Below, piece by piece: positions 14,975-29,117 of a stretch of 64,000 nt of DNA; the first letter of the stretch is position 1, and the number at the start of each line of letters is the position of its first letter. The notes under the pieces were generated by a model that did not search any database, was not told the origin of the DNA, and was given only the letters and a program-made list of their open reading frames with translations. This DNA is from Podarcis tiliguerta (taxonomy: Eukaryota). The DNA is taken from NCBI GenBank assembly GCA_965153285.1, contig OZ229114.1; one strand, given 5' to 3'. The position numbers were made by a program, and so were the translations under genes.

Positions 14975-17175
14975 GTAATACACGTGAAACAAGCTATACA
15001 GATGGCCCAAATGGTCCTCAGCCATTTAATGTAATAAAATGCACAAATAGTTGAAATTTGAATGAATGCAGCTTAGGGACTGGGGATTTTTAAACATTTA
15101 TTCTCTTAATACAAAATAATTATTATATTTGAAGCAATTTTCCCTTCAGAAAAAATAATGTATTTAAAAATTGGCAGTCAAATCCAGCTTTTGTTTGCAA
15201 ACTAGGAACGTCGATCTCCACTGCAATCAAAGGTGTTTCACTCAAGAACTCAAAACACGTTGTACCATAGCAACACAACGTGGAACTCAAGGGTAAAATT
15301 CTGCCTTTATTTACAATCAAGTAATCTACTGATTTGTTTTTAATTATTGGGAAGTGTTTGTTGCACTCTGCTGTGCAGAGTATTACAACTAATGCCAAAG
15401 AAATTGCATGATAAATAGTAATATAGCCGTGAAATAGCAATAATAGTAAATATTACTTAGTGTGTTCGGATATCTTATTGAACACAGGACAATACAACAA
15501 TTATTCCAAAGGGAAATAGCAATGTATGCTATTTTCTGGATCTGTCCAGGGAGACACCCGAAAGAGCCGGTGCATTCAAACAAATTCAATTTGATATCCC
15601 TGATTAGAGATTTTTCTGGGTTTTCATAAAATAGTTTCTTTATTTGCCACATTGAATGGGTACTGTCTTCCCTGTGATCTCTGGAAAGACAATACAATAA
15701 ATTGTTCCCCCAAGTTTGCCAATTCAAATGGCAGGCTAGCCAAGTTTCTCTCTTTGTAAGTAAGAGCCCAAACCTGATGGATCTATCATTGGGCATGCAG
15801 CTGTACCCAAATATAGTTTCCTCATGAGTGGAAGTATTCTAGCTGCCCCCTGACAATGCAGACTAGTGTGTTTCCCATGAGTATATTGACTTCTATTGGT
15901 GTACAGCCGTAGGTGCGTATGTGTTGTAAAGGAGCAAAGCATACCACAAGAACAGATGAACAAAAATCTAAACAAAACACAATTGGACAAGAGATAATAA
16001 TGGCTGCCGGCTTCCTAAGGTGTTCATTCCCATGTAATATGCCAGCACACAGCAAGAGGACAGCAAGAGTTGTCTAAATTAATTAAATAATTAAAGGCTC
16101 TTTAATTAAAGCCCTCAATAACCCACCCACAGAGCAGAGAATGCAGAGATGGCAGCAGAATTACCCACCCTCAGAGGGGCCTCCAATCTGCCTGTGCTTG
16201 AGTCACTGCTCTGGCCTTGCTTCTTTCCCACCCAGATCAGTGACTCATGCAGAAACACAGGGAGCGGGGGGCTCCTCTGAGAGTGAGTAATTTTTACTCT
16301 TACATATTCTACAACTATGCTGTTCAGGTTAAACAGGGAAAGGAACATTTTATTTTTATATTTTGAAAGAATAAAGTTTGGGAAAAACTGGCCTACGTTT
16401 ATGAACAAGTGCTGAATGACGCCAACTTGCTGTTTTCGAATATCACATCTGGATATTCATTCATGGGGTTTAGATCTAAATAAATATAGCATCCTGTTAA
16501 AATTATTCTCCCCCCCCCCCCCCCGTTTTGTTTATTTCTGTAGTATTTGTCTACTATGGAATTTGCTGCTTCAGTCACTTGGCACAACTTAACTAATCTA
16601 CAACTTCCAAATGTAAAACAAAAAATCCTCTCATTCTTTAAACAGTTAGCCAATATTGACATGATATAAACTTGGCAGACCTTCATGATGAGTTACAAAA
16701 AAACCATAATCCTATTGGGGGGGGAGAGAAAATATGAATATGGAAATAGATGTATTTTGTATTTGAAGTGGTGAGCGTCGCTGCTGACATATTTGGAACT
16801 CATTTCCCATACTTCAAAAGCAGATAATATTATTAATAGTAAAACAATAATAAATGCTTCATAGAAAAATTTTCAGTCCAATTGTTTGTTTTTAATATTT
16901 GATTTTGTTCCATAAAAAATTGGCCATTTCAGCTCTATAGTTTTGATAATATAGTTATGGTTTTGATAACTGTGCTCAGACCACTCAGCAGTTTCTGTTG
17001 CGCATAATAGTAGATACTTGAAACTGGAATGTTTCCAGAGTCATTGGTGTAGTTTTTTAAGGGATGCCCACCAGCCTCATTGACATTAAAGAGCATAGTG
17101 AATTGCACCTCCTTGTCTTTGATCTTTGTGCCTGAGAAGTTTTGCCTCTTGTTCTGAATCCAAGTTATCAAATAG

Positions 17176-17373
<198 letters not shown>

Positions 17374-18904
17374 TAGACACAGGTGCAGAGGAACAACGGG
17401 AATCTTAGTCATTATCGGATTTCCTAGAACATACAAGCTTTAGTGAGCAGGGAGAAACAAACCACGTAGCATTGTTTTACTTTTCACAATGTTTTTCAGG
17501 AAGACTTCAAGAGAACAGTGCAACTGTCTCCACATGCCCAGTGGAATTCTGGGGTTGTGTGTCTCAGATGCCACAAGAGAAGCCCCTTAGGGTGTACTAC
17601 AAGTAGTCTTTCATCTGGCATGAATGCCTCTAAGAAAAATGCCCAGAAGTCGCACTATGCAGACTGGCATGAGCAAAATGCCGGGCACACCCAAAGCACC
17701 TCCCTGAATTTCTAGCCTCTGTTTTCAAGGCGCTGTGCTTGTTAAACTAAGTTCTTATGCAGTTATGCCAAACAAAAGCACCTGGTGAAATGATAATATG
17801 ACTGATCCACCATATGTCTACTTCTCAATTTTTCAAGATATGTCAACAGGGAGCAACTTCTGGTATTTGCTTATGTCATACTTGCCAGGGGGCAAAAATG
17901 CCCAACCCAACTGCATGACAGACAGGCTCAGTCACAAGTTTAGGGTCTATTTTGTTTCTAAGCCACAGGAATTTGTGGGTCCACCTTAATACATAACCTT
18001 TGTCACCTGTAACTTCTTGATGCATGAGATAAAATTGAGCACTGCTTGCATAGACTTCACCATTTTTGTTTTGTCAGGTCAGGGTTGCTTCTTCTGGTTG
18101 TGCTAGTTTAGTAGCCTAAACAAAGGTCTAGGTTCTTGGAATTCTAATTTCTATTGCTATGTTTCATTTATAACACTATAGGCAAACACCGATATGATTG
18201 TTTCACAGTACTGTAGAAAGCCACTGTTTTGCTGTTGAAAATGATTATATGCAGCTTAGCAAGCATGGCCAAGCTCAGAGGATAAGGATATGAGAACTCA
18301 TCAGTGACTGTATTTGTGGTAGTCCATAATATTACAAAAATTAGTGTACGCTGGCATTCAGGGAAGATTTATTTCATAAGAATTTACCAATAAGTGGATA
18401 AAGAATGCATAGTTTATACTAACTGAAACCTGGCTTAGGACATTTCAGGACAAAATTATAGGGATGCAGTACATTGCCCAGGCAGGTGCACTATTTGACC
18501 CGTGAGAGCAGCAAAATAGCCAGACTGTACAACAGTGACGGGATAAAATCAGGCCAAATCTTTATTGACAGCAGCAGACAGGGCAAGGGTTGGCATGGCA
18601 TTGGGTCCCTGGATCACTTCATCATTCCACAAGCCCCATGTTGATGGGATGGATCTGCTGAGTCTAGATCGCTCCAAACCTGCATGACAGGAGTCGGCCA
18701 GCGCTGAACCTTGCCGTGGTGCCAGCCAAGCAAGCAAGGTCTCACTAGGGACCAGAGTGCAGATTCCAACTGGGCAGATACCAAACCCACAATTGGGTTT
18801 GCCATGGTTCATCCTCAGGCCCCTTATGGGGGGTCCCCTACACTATGTTGATCCTGACCAATGCCATTTCCGCCCTCATACAAAAAATGTTCTTCCGTCT
18901 AACC

Positions 18905-19017
18905 AAAGAAGTTGGGAAGCTTTTAATATTTAATGCTGTACTGTTTTTAACACTCGATTGGAAGTTGCCCAGAGTGGCTGGGGAAACTCAGCCAGATGGG
19001 TGGGGTATAAATAATAA

Positions 19018-19062
<45 letters not shown>
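18905..19062 (+). mobile_element. LINE (L2-like) 3' end with (ATT)n tail
   Basis: gcccagagtggctggggaaactcagccagatgggtggggtataaataataa followed by (ATT)15; an inverted related copy lies at about 48405-48460. Confidence 0.6.
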
Positions 19063-19111
19063 GCCATAATTTCACCGAGGGAATGGCAGAGAAAACCCCA
19101 ACCAAGTGCCA

Positions 19112-19114
<3 letters not shown>

Positions 19115-19167
<53 letters not shown>

Positions 19168-19183
19168 GGAAGGAAGGAAGGAA
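19115..19183. repeat. (AG)25 microsatellite followed by (GGAA)n
   Basis: Seen directly. Confidence 0.95.
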
Positions 19184-20899
19184 TCCTTTCTGGCTCTGTC
19201 AACCAGCAACCCAAAAATTTTTTTTTAGGGATACTCTCATTTTCCTACTCATATTGAAATACTGCCCCTCAATCAGGCCAAACTTAGATTCACAAAATGT
19301 TTAGGGGTATGTGTACCCCTGCATCTCTCCAGAAAAAAGCACTGCTCTAACCCAAGGGAGGGTGGGCAGGAAGCTCTCAAAGCAAAATGGCTGTGAGTTC
19401 CAGGGGAAGCAGCCTTATATAGGTTTTCCCCTCCCTTCTTCAGCAAGGGCTCATGGGACAGCTTTTTCCCATGAGCCCATCACACAGAGAAGACACTGGG
19501 CAAAACCTTGCCCAGTATTTTGCTGCAATCTATGGGCCATAGCACTGCTGGGCAAAGGGGTCCCATGCTCATTAGGCACAGAATGGGCTTGGAAGTGTTT
19601 TTATATTTTATTTTTTGCGTGCGTGAGGCTCCAGGCTCAACCCTAGTATCATAATTGGTATTTTGAATTAAAAACAACAAATGCCATGCATAAAGTGTTT
19701 CCTTCCAGGACTAATGCATGCACAGATGTTAAGTCTCATATGCAGTCATCCTCATGGCATCAAAACAGACTTGGAAAATCTTTTACATTGCAGATTAAGC
19801 TCACATCCACAGGGTATACCTCAGTCTAGAGCCTTGAGATATTTTCTCCATAGTGGCTGCTGTGACTGAGACGAAATACTGTACTATTGTTAATAAACGA
19901 TATAAATCGAGACAATATGGAGTCAAACCCATCTTTCTTTGTTACTCCTCTGTTACTCCTTTGTTACCAATTGATGGGGAGTTAAGCATTCCATAACTGT
20001 TCTAATTGTTTTTTTGAGAGCCAGCATAAAGCAGTAGCTAGACTATGAGAACTTAGTTACAATTTATGTTTTGTCATGAGGATGCTAGCAAAAAACTGCC
20101 TTCTATATAAAGTGATTGCTCTTTGACATAGCTTTTGAACTGTTCACATGGGGGAACTCACAAGAAATAGTTCTTATGCCTTCACGTATGACGGAAAGAA
20201 TGGATGATGTGCAATGTGATGGACCCAATCAAAATGGTACAACGGGAAATCAGTTACTACAGGGTGAATGCCTTCAACATCTTCTCAGTGGCAAATGTGT
20301 GTTTTGGTGTTTAGGCTGGCATGCTGTAAATCTAATGCATACAGCAGGATGTACTCTTATTCTGATCTCTGCCCCAGAATGTGAGAAAGGTGATCTGAAT
20401 ACAGAACAGTGAGATGTGACATGCCATAAACATGATTGCTAAGTGCCCTCTTCAGCACTCTGGAGCGTGCATTGCTCCCAGGGACTCCAGTGAGCTGCAA
20501 GTAATGAAGTAGACTGGACAACTGTGAAGCCAACCAAACACTTGCTAGAACTCATAATCATGCCTGTTAAATGGCAGAGAATAGCTTACTTTGCCACCTC
20601 CACTGCGTGCATCCACAAACAAGTGGGCTACAGAGCTGTTCAGGATGGTCCAGGGAATGTCAAAACCTTCTCCAGTGAACTTTGAGAATAAAATTGGTTG
20701 CATCTGCAGCAACTTGGACAATAATTTTGTTGCAGATCCCGCTGAGATGTCCAGTGCATCAGCTGATCTTACTCTGTGGGGTCTGTTGCAGTTAGTGAGG
20801 CATTGAAGACATGAACAAGGTGCCTGCAGCAGTGCTACCAATCATGTGCTTTCTTAATCCCTGCTGCTCTTGACTGATAAAGACTAGGAGGAAGCAGCT

Positions 20900-21945
20900 A
20901 TGACCAGGTGGGTTCAGGGTGTGGTGATGAGCCAGTTGTGCTACCATTCCTCAAGGAACCCACCCTGGACCTGTTGGTGTATGACAACTACTGCCTAGTC
21001 ACTAATATCCCCATTTTGAGAAACTAGAGAGATCCACACTAACCCAGCTGTAGGAACTCTTGGATAGTACTGATTTTCAGGACCCAACTCAGTGCCTGGA
21101 TGTAGTTGTGGGATGGATGAGGGCCAGTGAGATGACGGCTCTGTAAGTAAGCAGTTCTTGGGTCAAGGAAATAATTCACCTGTTCTGGAGGGGGTGCACT
21201 CCCTCTGAAATGGTTCCATCGTTGCTACTAGAGACCCAAGTGACCATAGTGGCTAGGACTAGGAGTGCCCTTTACCAGGTTTGGCTGGTGCAGTAGCTAC
21301 GATGGTTCCTGGACAGGGATAGCTTAGCCATAGTGACCCATGCACTGGGTAATCTCAGCAATGGATTACTGCAGGGTAGCCTTTGCAGGGCTCATGCCAA
21401 GGCTGGTTCTGAAGCTGCAGCCAGTACAGAATGCGGTAGCATGTCTGCTCAGTGGAGTTGCATATTGTGAGCATATTGTGAACATAGCAGAGGCAAGTGC
21501 ATTGGCTGTTAATTTGCTACTGAGCCCGGTTTGAGGTTTCACTGTTAGCTTATAAAGCCCTGAACAATGTATCCGAAAGAGTGCCTTCTCCCATATAGAC
21601 TGCCCAACTCATTGAAATCAGCATATGGGAATCTTGTGGTGGCACCACAAGCCACTGGTATTCTGTCTTGTATTCAACAGGTAGAGAGGTCTTTGCCTAC
21701 CTGAGAAATTAGGCTTGCATAAACCACATTATGTTTTAAGTATGTTATAAAAAGGTGTTTGCTCCAAGAGGCATCTTTTGATTAGTAATGTTGCTGTATA
21801 CATGGCGACCAGATTGGACTACTATATATTTATATATATCTATTGTTTTATACTGATTGTTTTTGTTGCTTTGTAATTCTGTGTTGTACACTGCTTTGGA
21901 TATTTTTAAATATAAAGCAGTATATAAAGGTTTTAAATAAAATAA
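20900..21945 (+). mobile_element. Degenerate L2 LINE (RT remnants and 3' end)
   Basis: Remnant resembling NYRPISNLPFL (gacaactactgcctagtcactaatatccccattttg), gattactgca, gcattggctg, cttataaagccctgaacaa, and an A-rich tail; many stops and deletions. Confidence 0.7.
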
Positions 21946-22584
21946 AATGCAGGATTTCTGCAAAAGCTGGCCTTGGGCCTCAGCTACTCCATAGGGTTGT
22001 TACGAAGCAAAAATGTGGCTTTGAGCTACTTTAAAGGTTGTGTAATAAATATATATTGGAAAGGGGAGAAAGGAAAAGAACAGGAACCATGGGGGGGGGG
22101 GTGGAGGGAAGTTGGCAGGGAGCAATTATAAGAAGGGACATAAGAAGAGCCTGCTAGATCAGGCCTGCAGCCCATGTAGCCCAGCCTCCTGGTCTCACAG
22201 ATGGGCCAGCCAGATGCCCGAGGGAAAGCTGCAAAGCAGGACCTGAGGAAAGGCTGCCATGCAACACCTTCTTTTCTCTAACAACCACACGTTTGTCACA
22301 TGACTAAGAGACAGTCCCTTTGTCTGTACCCAGGAAGATTATTTAAACTTCATCACATCTTTTCTTTCTGCCAAACTTCATATTCTGAGAGCCGCTTCTA
22401 ACATTTAGTTCTGAAGGGGTAAAATCTTCACAGAATGCTGCTTGTTTGAAACAGATATTATACTTTTTAAAATGAAAAGTTGAAGCTATGGGGGGGGGGA
22501 TTTAGTTTATTTGGGGATTTCCATGTAATTAGGTAACTGAAAGTGAATGTCTACCCAGACCATCTGCCATGTATGCTTTAGCTG

Positions 22585-22645
22585 AGTTGAGCTTCCTGCA
22601 TTCCAGGGGGTTGGGCTAGATGGCCCTACAATTCTGTGATTCTCT
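22585..22645 (+). mobile_element. CR1-type 3' tail fragment
   Basis: ttcctgcattccagggggttgggctagatg...attctgtgattct; the same motif occurs at 45393-45472. Confidence 0.55.
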
Positions 22646-22970
22646 ATTCTCAGATAAGTGGGTACATGATTGCAGCTTGAGAGTGTTATTTTCCTAGGAT
22701 TAGCATGTCATGTCAGCAGTGATCACAGACACTGAGTTCAAAGCAGTAGCTGTGTTCAGCAACCAAAGTTCGGAGGCAACTTAGTGGAAGGTGGATGAAG
22801 TGGACTGTCTCTACCCTTCTCTCACACCCCTATATGCCAGTCACTCTCCCACTTGACAAGCCATTGCTCTGTTTTGCTTGTGGGAAATGTACACAAACCT
22901 GTTGCCCCTTTAGAAGTATTTCTGTGTGGTGGCTAACATTGTGTTAGGTGTTTATCAGCTACAATAACCC

Positions 22971-23165
22971 GAGAGCCGGAATGCCATAGTTGTTAAAGTG
23001 GGGAGATGCATATTCAAGTCCCCACTCAGCCATGAAGATCACTGGATGACTGTGACCCAGTTACTCTCAGCCTAGCCAAATTCATAGGGTTGCTGCAAGA
23101 ATAAAATGGGGAAAACCACTTACACTGTTCTGGGCTTTGTGGAGGGAAGGCAGATTTTAAATGTA
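22971..23165 (+). mobile_element. Old tRNA-derived SINE (MIR/Squam3-like)
   Basis: B-box-like attcaagtcccc, then actcagccatgaagatcactggatgact...ctcagcctagcc...agggttgctgcaagaataaaatgggg. Confidence 0.55.
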
Positions 23166-23356
23166 GTATTACTAATAAAATGCTGATGATGAGATGTGTG
23201 GGTTGTGGTACATGCCACCCCAGGGGAGTGCTACGGGCAAGAGTGGGTTGGAAACAGACCCAAAAGAACTGTATTTTATTATTTTATGTGAGGCACCTTG
23301 GGTAGCCTTCTGGATCAAAAGGAAGAACAGAAATAAAATAGAGTAATTAACATAGA

Positions 23357-23497
23357 TGGTTGGACAGTGTTCTCGAACACGAGTCTCAACACGAGTCTGA
23401 CCAAACTGCGGGAGGCAGTGGAAGACAGGAGTGCCTGGTGTGCTCTGGACCATGGGGTCACGAAGAGTCAGACACGACTAAATGACTAAACAACAAC
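23357..23497 (+). mobile_element. 5'-truncated RTE/BovB-like LINE 3' end with 12-bp TSD
   Basis: ...ggaagacaggagtgcctggtgtgctctggaccatggggtcacgaagagtcagacacgactaaatgactaaacaacaac; TSD aattaacataga at 23345-23356 and 23498-23509. Confidence 0.8.
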
Positions 23498-23715
23498 AAT
23501 TAACATAGAAACGTAGGAAGCGGCCTTGTATTGAGTCAAACAAGTAGTCCATCTAGCTCAGTATTATTTACACTGATTGGCAGCAGCTCCCCTGGCCCTA
23601 CCTGGAGATTGTAGAACCCGAGACCTTCTGTACGGAAGTCCAACTGCTCTACCCCTGAGCTACAAATATTGATAAACACTATGTCAGAACTCACTCCCAA
23701 ACTTGTACTGCTATA

Positions 23716-23941
23716 CATTGGTACCTCGGGTTAAGTACTTAATTCGTTCCAGAGGTCTATTCTTAACCTGAAACTGTTCTTAACCTGAAGCACCACTTTA
23801 GCTAATGGGGCCTCCTGCTGCTGTCGCGCCGCTGGAGCACGATTTCTGTTCTCATCCTGAAGCAAAGTTCTTAACCTGAGGTACTAATTCTGGGTTAGTG
23901 GAGTCTGTAACCTGAAGGGTATGTAACCCGAGGTACCACTG
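23716..23941. mobile_element. Tc1/mariner-superfamily MITE
   Basis: TIRs ca(t/g)tggtacctcgggtta ... taacccgaggtaccactg, with TA on both sides. Confidence 0.85.
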
Positions 23942-25997
23942 TAGTTGAAATGAGAGGTGATTAAAACCAATACACTTGTTTTGGCTGCAGTGACTTAGAG
24001 TCTCCTAGTAGCCCCTGCGAAAGGATGTAGTAAGAGATTAATGGAAGGCTGGTCAACAGGTTTGCCTCATGGGGATGTGACTGAGCCTCATGGAATCTTC
24101 CTTGTGGAGTGCCCAAGGCATAGAAAATAAAGTGTGAGGTAACACAAGGTATGGGCTCATAAGTGGGCATGTACATTTGTAGGTTTGGATTGTCCTCTCT
24201 TTTTTGTGGAGAAGAATCAGGCCCGGGGTTGGAGTGTATGCCTGCACTGCCTGGGGCGGTGTGTGGGATGTGCCCCTGAGGGGAGGGGTGTGTGCGGCAG
24301 GTGTCCTTGGCACACCACACTTCAGGGCAGAAGAGGCGCGGGGAAGCTGCCACCCACTCTCCTCCTGCTTACCTCCTCTGGGTCAGGCCTGTGCCAAGGC
24401 GCAGCTCGTCCTTGCGTGGACCCAGGCTCCAATAAAGGAGCCTGCTGTCGGGGAGCCTGTTTGAGCCCCTCACAAAATTGCATCCGGGGCCATGGACCCC
24501 CCTCCCATGCTATGCCTCTGATCATGCCGATCTAGCCTGCATGCATATGAGCCTAGCACTCATAATCTTACCCATGTATTGGCGGCATGCACAGATGAAA
24601 TTACTTTTCTTGGAGATGCAAAGAAAGCTTTGGTTGAGTGAATGTTGATCAGCTGTCAGATTGAGAGATCTCCCTTAGCCGGCCCGTTTTTCCTTGGACC
24701 TTTGCTTTTCCTTACTCTAGCTCCTCTGTCGGTTGTTCCTTTACATAATACTGCCACCACTTGGTGTTATCACTTGATCAACTCACTGTGCAATTGCTGC
24801 AGCTTTACCTACATCACCACAAGTGTCTAAAACTAAGGTGTGTGAGGACTGAAGAAAATCCTCCCAGCCATGTGGTGAGCATCTCCATACAAATGGCTTA
24901 CTTACCATGTGCCAGTAAACCAGCTGCCTCTTACGATTTAGCATAGTTCAAGTGACACCAATCATGTGAATAATGAGCCTGAGTCTGGTACCCATTCTGA
25001 GTTTCTGCTAGTCTTCCTTGGTGTGTCTTTAGACATGGCAGCAGGCAACAAAAAAACCCCGTGAGGTTCACTGAGCTCTTAGTGGGCTGCCATCCATGTT
25101 TGGAAGCAGCTCCCCTAAGCTTGCTGCTGCTCCATGCTTCACTATTGCATCTCTTAACCTTAAGCACTTGTTATGCATTACACTTGTGAATAAGGTCAAT
25201 TAGCAGAAAGGTAAACATAAATAAATCTGTATGTGAATATGTTTTATTCTAAAGTGAAATTTAGAGATAGTGTCTGTAAATGGCACGCAAATGAAGAAGA
25301 GTTTTGACACAAAACTGGTATGTGTGTGGTTAGGGATCCACCACAATTTTGCTGGTTGGTAAATAGGATTAGAACATACTAAGAGATACGCTGCTTTAGT
25401 TTCAAAGGCAGAATTTAATTCAGTGTTGTGTGATAAATGCTACTGTACAAAGATTAACTTTAGTGGTTGACAAACATACCTGTAACTTCCCATAAAAACT
25501 ATGGGAAGCTATTAGGACCAAACCACAGAGACCCTGTTTAAAAGAAAAATCTACTTAAAATAAACACATCTTGATTTATTTTTTGAAAATGATCATTTTG
25601 GAACGTAATAATTACAATGGCCGCACTGCATTTTGGATATGATGGACAAGTTGAGACACAGCACTGGCTCCCTTTTAACTTTGGTTAAGAAATGGCAAGC
25701 CAGCTTTGGGAAAGTACTCTCCTCCCTCCCACCTCCCTACCTTTCTCTGGATCAAATTGCCCTCTCCTGCCTTCAGAGGAATTTCAGCACTGTTGTGTAC
25801 TGGCCCAATGTCACTTCAGATGCAAATAATCCACTTCCAGAAGGGTAATCCATGTTAGTCACTCATAGCAAAAACAACAAAGAGTTTTAGCAACTTAAAG
25901 ACAAACAAATTTATTGTAGCATGAACTATACATTAATTGCAATAAGGGATCCAAAAGCAGGAATAATGTGTTGTTTTTGTTTCAATTTTGCTCCCAG

Positions 25998-26024
25998 TTC
26001 CAATTGCCTGATCAAAGAACTTGG
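25998..26024 (+). CDS. MECOM: MECOM 27-nt alternative microexon (Rp9, FQLPDQRTW)
   Basis: ctcccag|TTC CAA TTG CCT GAT CAA AGA ACT TGG|gtaagt; phase 0/0; peptide matches the 9-aa EVI1 Rp9 insert. Confidence 0.94.
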
Positions 26025-28972
26025 GTAAGTTCATTATTTATATTTTCAATTTAAACACTGTAGAAGAAATTGCATAAGAAACGTGACATGAAAACTCATT
26101 TACTTCACTGCAACCCTACAAGCCTTTTCCTGCTAATTATTTTAGCTCTCCTAAATCACACTTGTGTCTTATTCTACTTTTCATCAAATGCTAGTCTTTA
26201 CTCCATTACACGTTCTAATGAATGGGAGTCTGCTACAAAGGACTGTATGTGCAACCGTTTCAAAGAATTGTACTAAGATTTCTAGAGGCATAAAATTGTT
26301 GTGCCAGTGACTGATCTAAAGTGCTGAGCTTACAGCAGCATTTTACTGTGCTAGTGTGGGCTTTGGATGCCATCTGCTATAGATCAGACACCATCATATT
26401 AGGGAGTTTTGATGACATCCCTCACAGATCACAGCACTCCACTCACATGTACAAGCAATACATGCATGTGTCAGTACATGCATAAAGCAGAACATGCACA
26501 ACACACAGATGTGTGTTTGTAGCTGCCACAGCTAGGAAGTACCAAGCTAGGTGGTGCAACCCTGTCATCCACTCACACATTTGTTGAACATGTGATGGGG
26601 GATCTCTCTGAGCACCCACCTTTGAAACGATCTTTTGCAGATGAATCCATGTAAAGGAATATTATATAGTCATTATTTAAGTATATTTCCCACCCACCCA
26701 CCCCAGGGAAACCCTATTGCTCAATCAGAGCAAACATCAATTGGGTTTTCTATGGATTTATGTTTGCCTCAATTTAAAGCTAAAGAGCAGGTTTTTCTTG
26801 GGAAAGGAGCAGGGCAAGGAGAAAATCTCTTGGACCTGTGCTCTCTGGACATGGAACAAGCGGAAGTGTGGATGAGCCTACAGTTGGCTTGGACAAAAAT
26901 GAGAAGCTCAACTGGTTCTTGTGGCACTTCATCAGTTCACCTCAGTACTCTGCACGTGACCATTACAATTTACTTCTCTCTTTGTTTTTATTTTTTTCAT
27001 GGTTAGCAGCAGTACTTGGTACAGCTCCATTTTTTAATTGTGAGCCCTGAACCTGGGAGATGAGAACAATTGATTTATTGGACAGTTTATTAATATTTTC
27101 TTGGCGCTGTGCAAAAATTATGAAATGGTGGACTACCATCCACCAGACACAAAACAAAAGGGAATGGAACAAGGAGGGCAAGCAGATTCAAGTACCAGTT
27201 CTTCATAAATTATATTATATTCTTCATAAATGTTATGATGATGACCAAGTGGATTGTCTGCTGATGGAGGCATTTCTGAGAAAGGGCAAACTACGCTGCA
27301 GTTGTTCCCACCCAAGCCAAAGGAGTAGGCCTTGGAGTCTCACCTCTCCCACTGATGCAGCCAGATAGATTAAGCTTGTGCATCATGATGAGCATTGGTG
27401 AACGGAAGCAACTACCAATAATTATAGCCAGTCACATGACAAGGTCTAACCTCCATAAAGGTTTTCAGGTCAGACTTGCTCCTTTTTAGAACAGCAAGGG
27501 AATTCAGGTTCAATTAAAGACCACAGATCCATGTTTTTAAAACCAGGTCTGCTCTGAGAAATGAGAGATGGGTGTGAGGGGTCTCATTTAATGAGCAAAA
27601 TGGATATATAGCTGAGGAGTGCAGACCTTCCCTGCTACACATCTTTTCTGCAGTCTGTCTCACAACATCACTTTTCTGGCTCGAGTACCAAAATTGAGAT
27701 CAGATTAGAGAAAGGCACTTGGGGAGAAGGGCTACAGGAAAATAAGTGATGGGAAGGTTTCGTATTTCAAGAATGTTACAAGTGACTAGCAAAAAACTGG
27801 CTGAACATCTTCAACCCCAGTTTGTTTGTTCCACTTTAACCCTGCTGTCACTTGTAGGTTTAAGGCAGTTTACAATATTTTAACATTTTCCCTCCCCTGC
27901 TGTATCCCACTCCTTTCTCACTGGCAGATTTGAGAAAGAGATGAAGAATGAAATTCCCAACCAAATGACCTCTCTCCTGTTTTCCTTTCTCCCATTCACG
28001 TGAACAAATTCATACAATCCACACATGAGCAAATCCATACAATTCTTTTTGAGGGCTGCTAAAATAGACCCCAAAATAAAATGTATTGGCAATGACAATG
28101 AAAAGATTTTTCATATTTTTAAAAATGCACTAATTAACATAGAAAATGCACATCTGTATCATTTTTCGTTTCCCATGAATTATGATGGCCAGCCATTTTG
28201 TGAAGCAAGCCTTCAGTGGCCTAATTTATGAAATGTTAGGGTCATGTAACCCTCCGATTTCAAGGTATTAAGTCATTATTTATTTTTAACAGACTATTTG
28301 CCCTATATATCTGTTACTGTTTTTCTGTCCCTAGCTAATAAACTTTGACATAAAGGACCAAGGCCATGTTTGATGGTATCAAACCCATCTGAGATGCTTA
28401 TAAATACCGTCTCCCCTCTAGTTATGGCCATGTCTACATTTTTGGGCCTCAATTGGGAGAGCGTGCAGGTTTGCGTCACCCAACAGTTTATAGCCTCTCT
28501 GGGACTAAAAGGGAGGTACGGAATACAAGCAGCTTCCTTTTCTAAACTTCTGAATGCAGATAGAATCAGCTATTTACGTATGTAAATCAAAATTGGTATG
28601 CTGTATAGCTTTAAAATATGCTGGGTTTTTTTATTTTTTAAAAAAGCATACTTAGCCCAGATTAAGAGCATGCATTGCTTAACCATAAGGAGCCTGTGTA
28701 TGAGAGAGGAAACAAAGAACTCTCTTGCCACCCCCTAGCTTTAGGAATGTCTCTGTAGACATATAAAATCTTAATCATTGCCCTGAATTTTTTCTTCTCT
28801 TAATATGAGGTAACATGATGTTGGTTTTGGATAAGGAATATTGTCTCCCTCGGTGAGGAAATATTTCAGCGCCAGACATCTGTTCCATCCATGCATTCAC
28901 ATGTGAATATTGGGGCAGGAAGGGATGAATAGGGGCACTATTTCTTTAATCACTCTCCTTAAACCCTTATAC

Positions 28973-29117
28973 CAGGCTTCCTCAACCTCGACCCTCCAGA
29001 TGTTTTTGGCTTACAACTCCCATGATTCCTAGCTAGCAGGACCAGTGGTCAGGGATGCTGGGAATTGTAGTCTCAAATTGTAGTCTCAAAAACATCCGGA
29101 GGTTTTGAGGAAGCCTG
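28973..29117. mobile_element. hAT-type MITE with 8-bp TSD
   Basis: 13-bp perfect TIR caggcttcctcaa/ttgaggaagcctg; TSD ccttatac at 28965-28972 and 29118-29125. Confidence 0.9.

Noticed and set aside
18845-19304. Poly-L, poly-I and ER-repeat ORFs (also the poly-E/K ORF at 40705-40908)
   Set aside because: Translations of (ATT)n, (AG)n and (CCT/TCT)n microsatellites.
23961-24535. GC-rich stretch with overlapping 67-130 aa ORFs
   Set aside because: No splice context or domain; probably a decayed DNA-transposon fragment, but I could not identify both TIRs or a TSD, so it is not listed as a feature.
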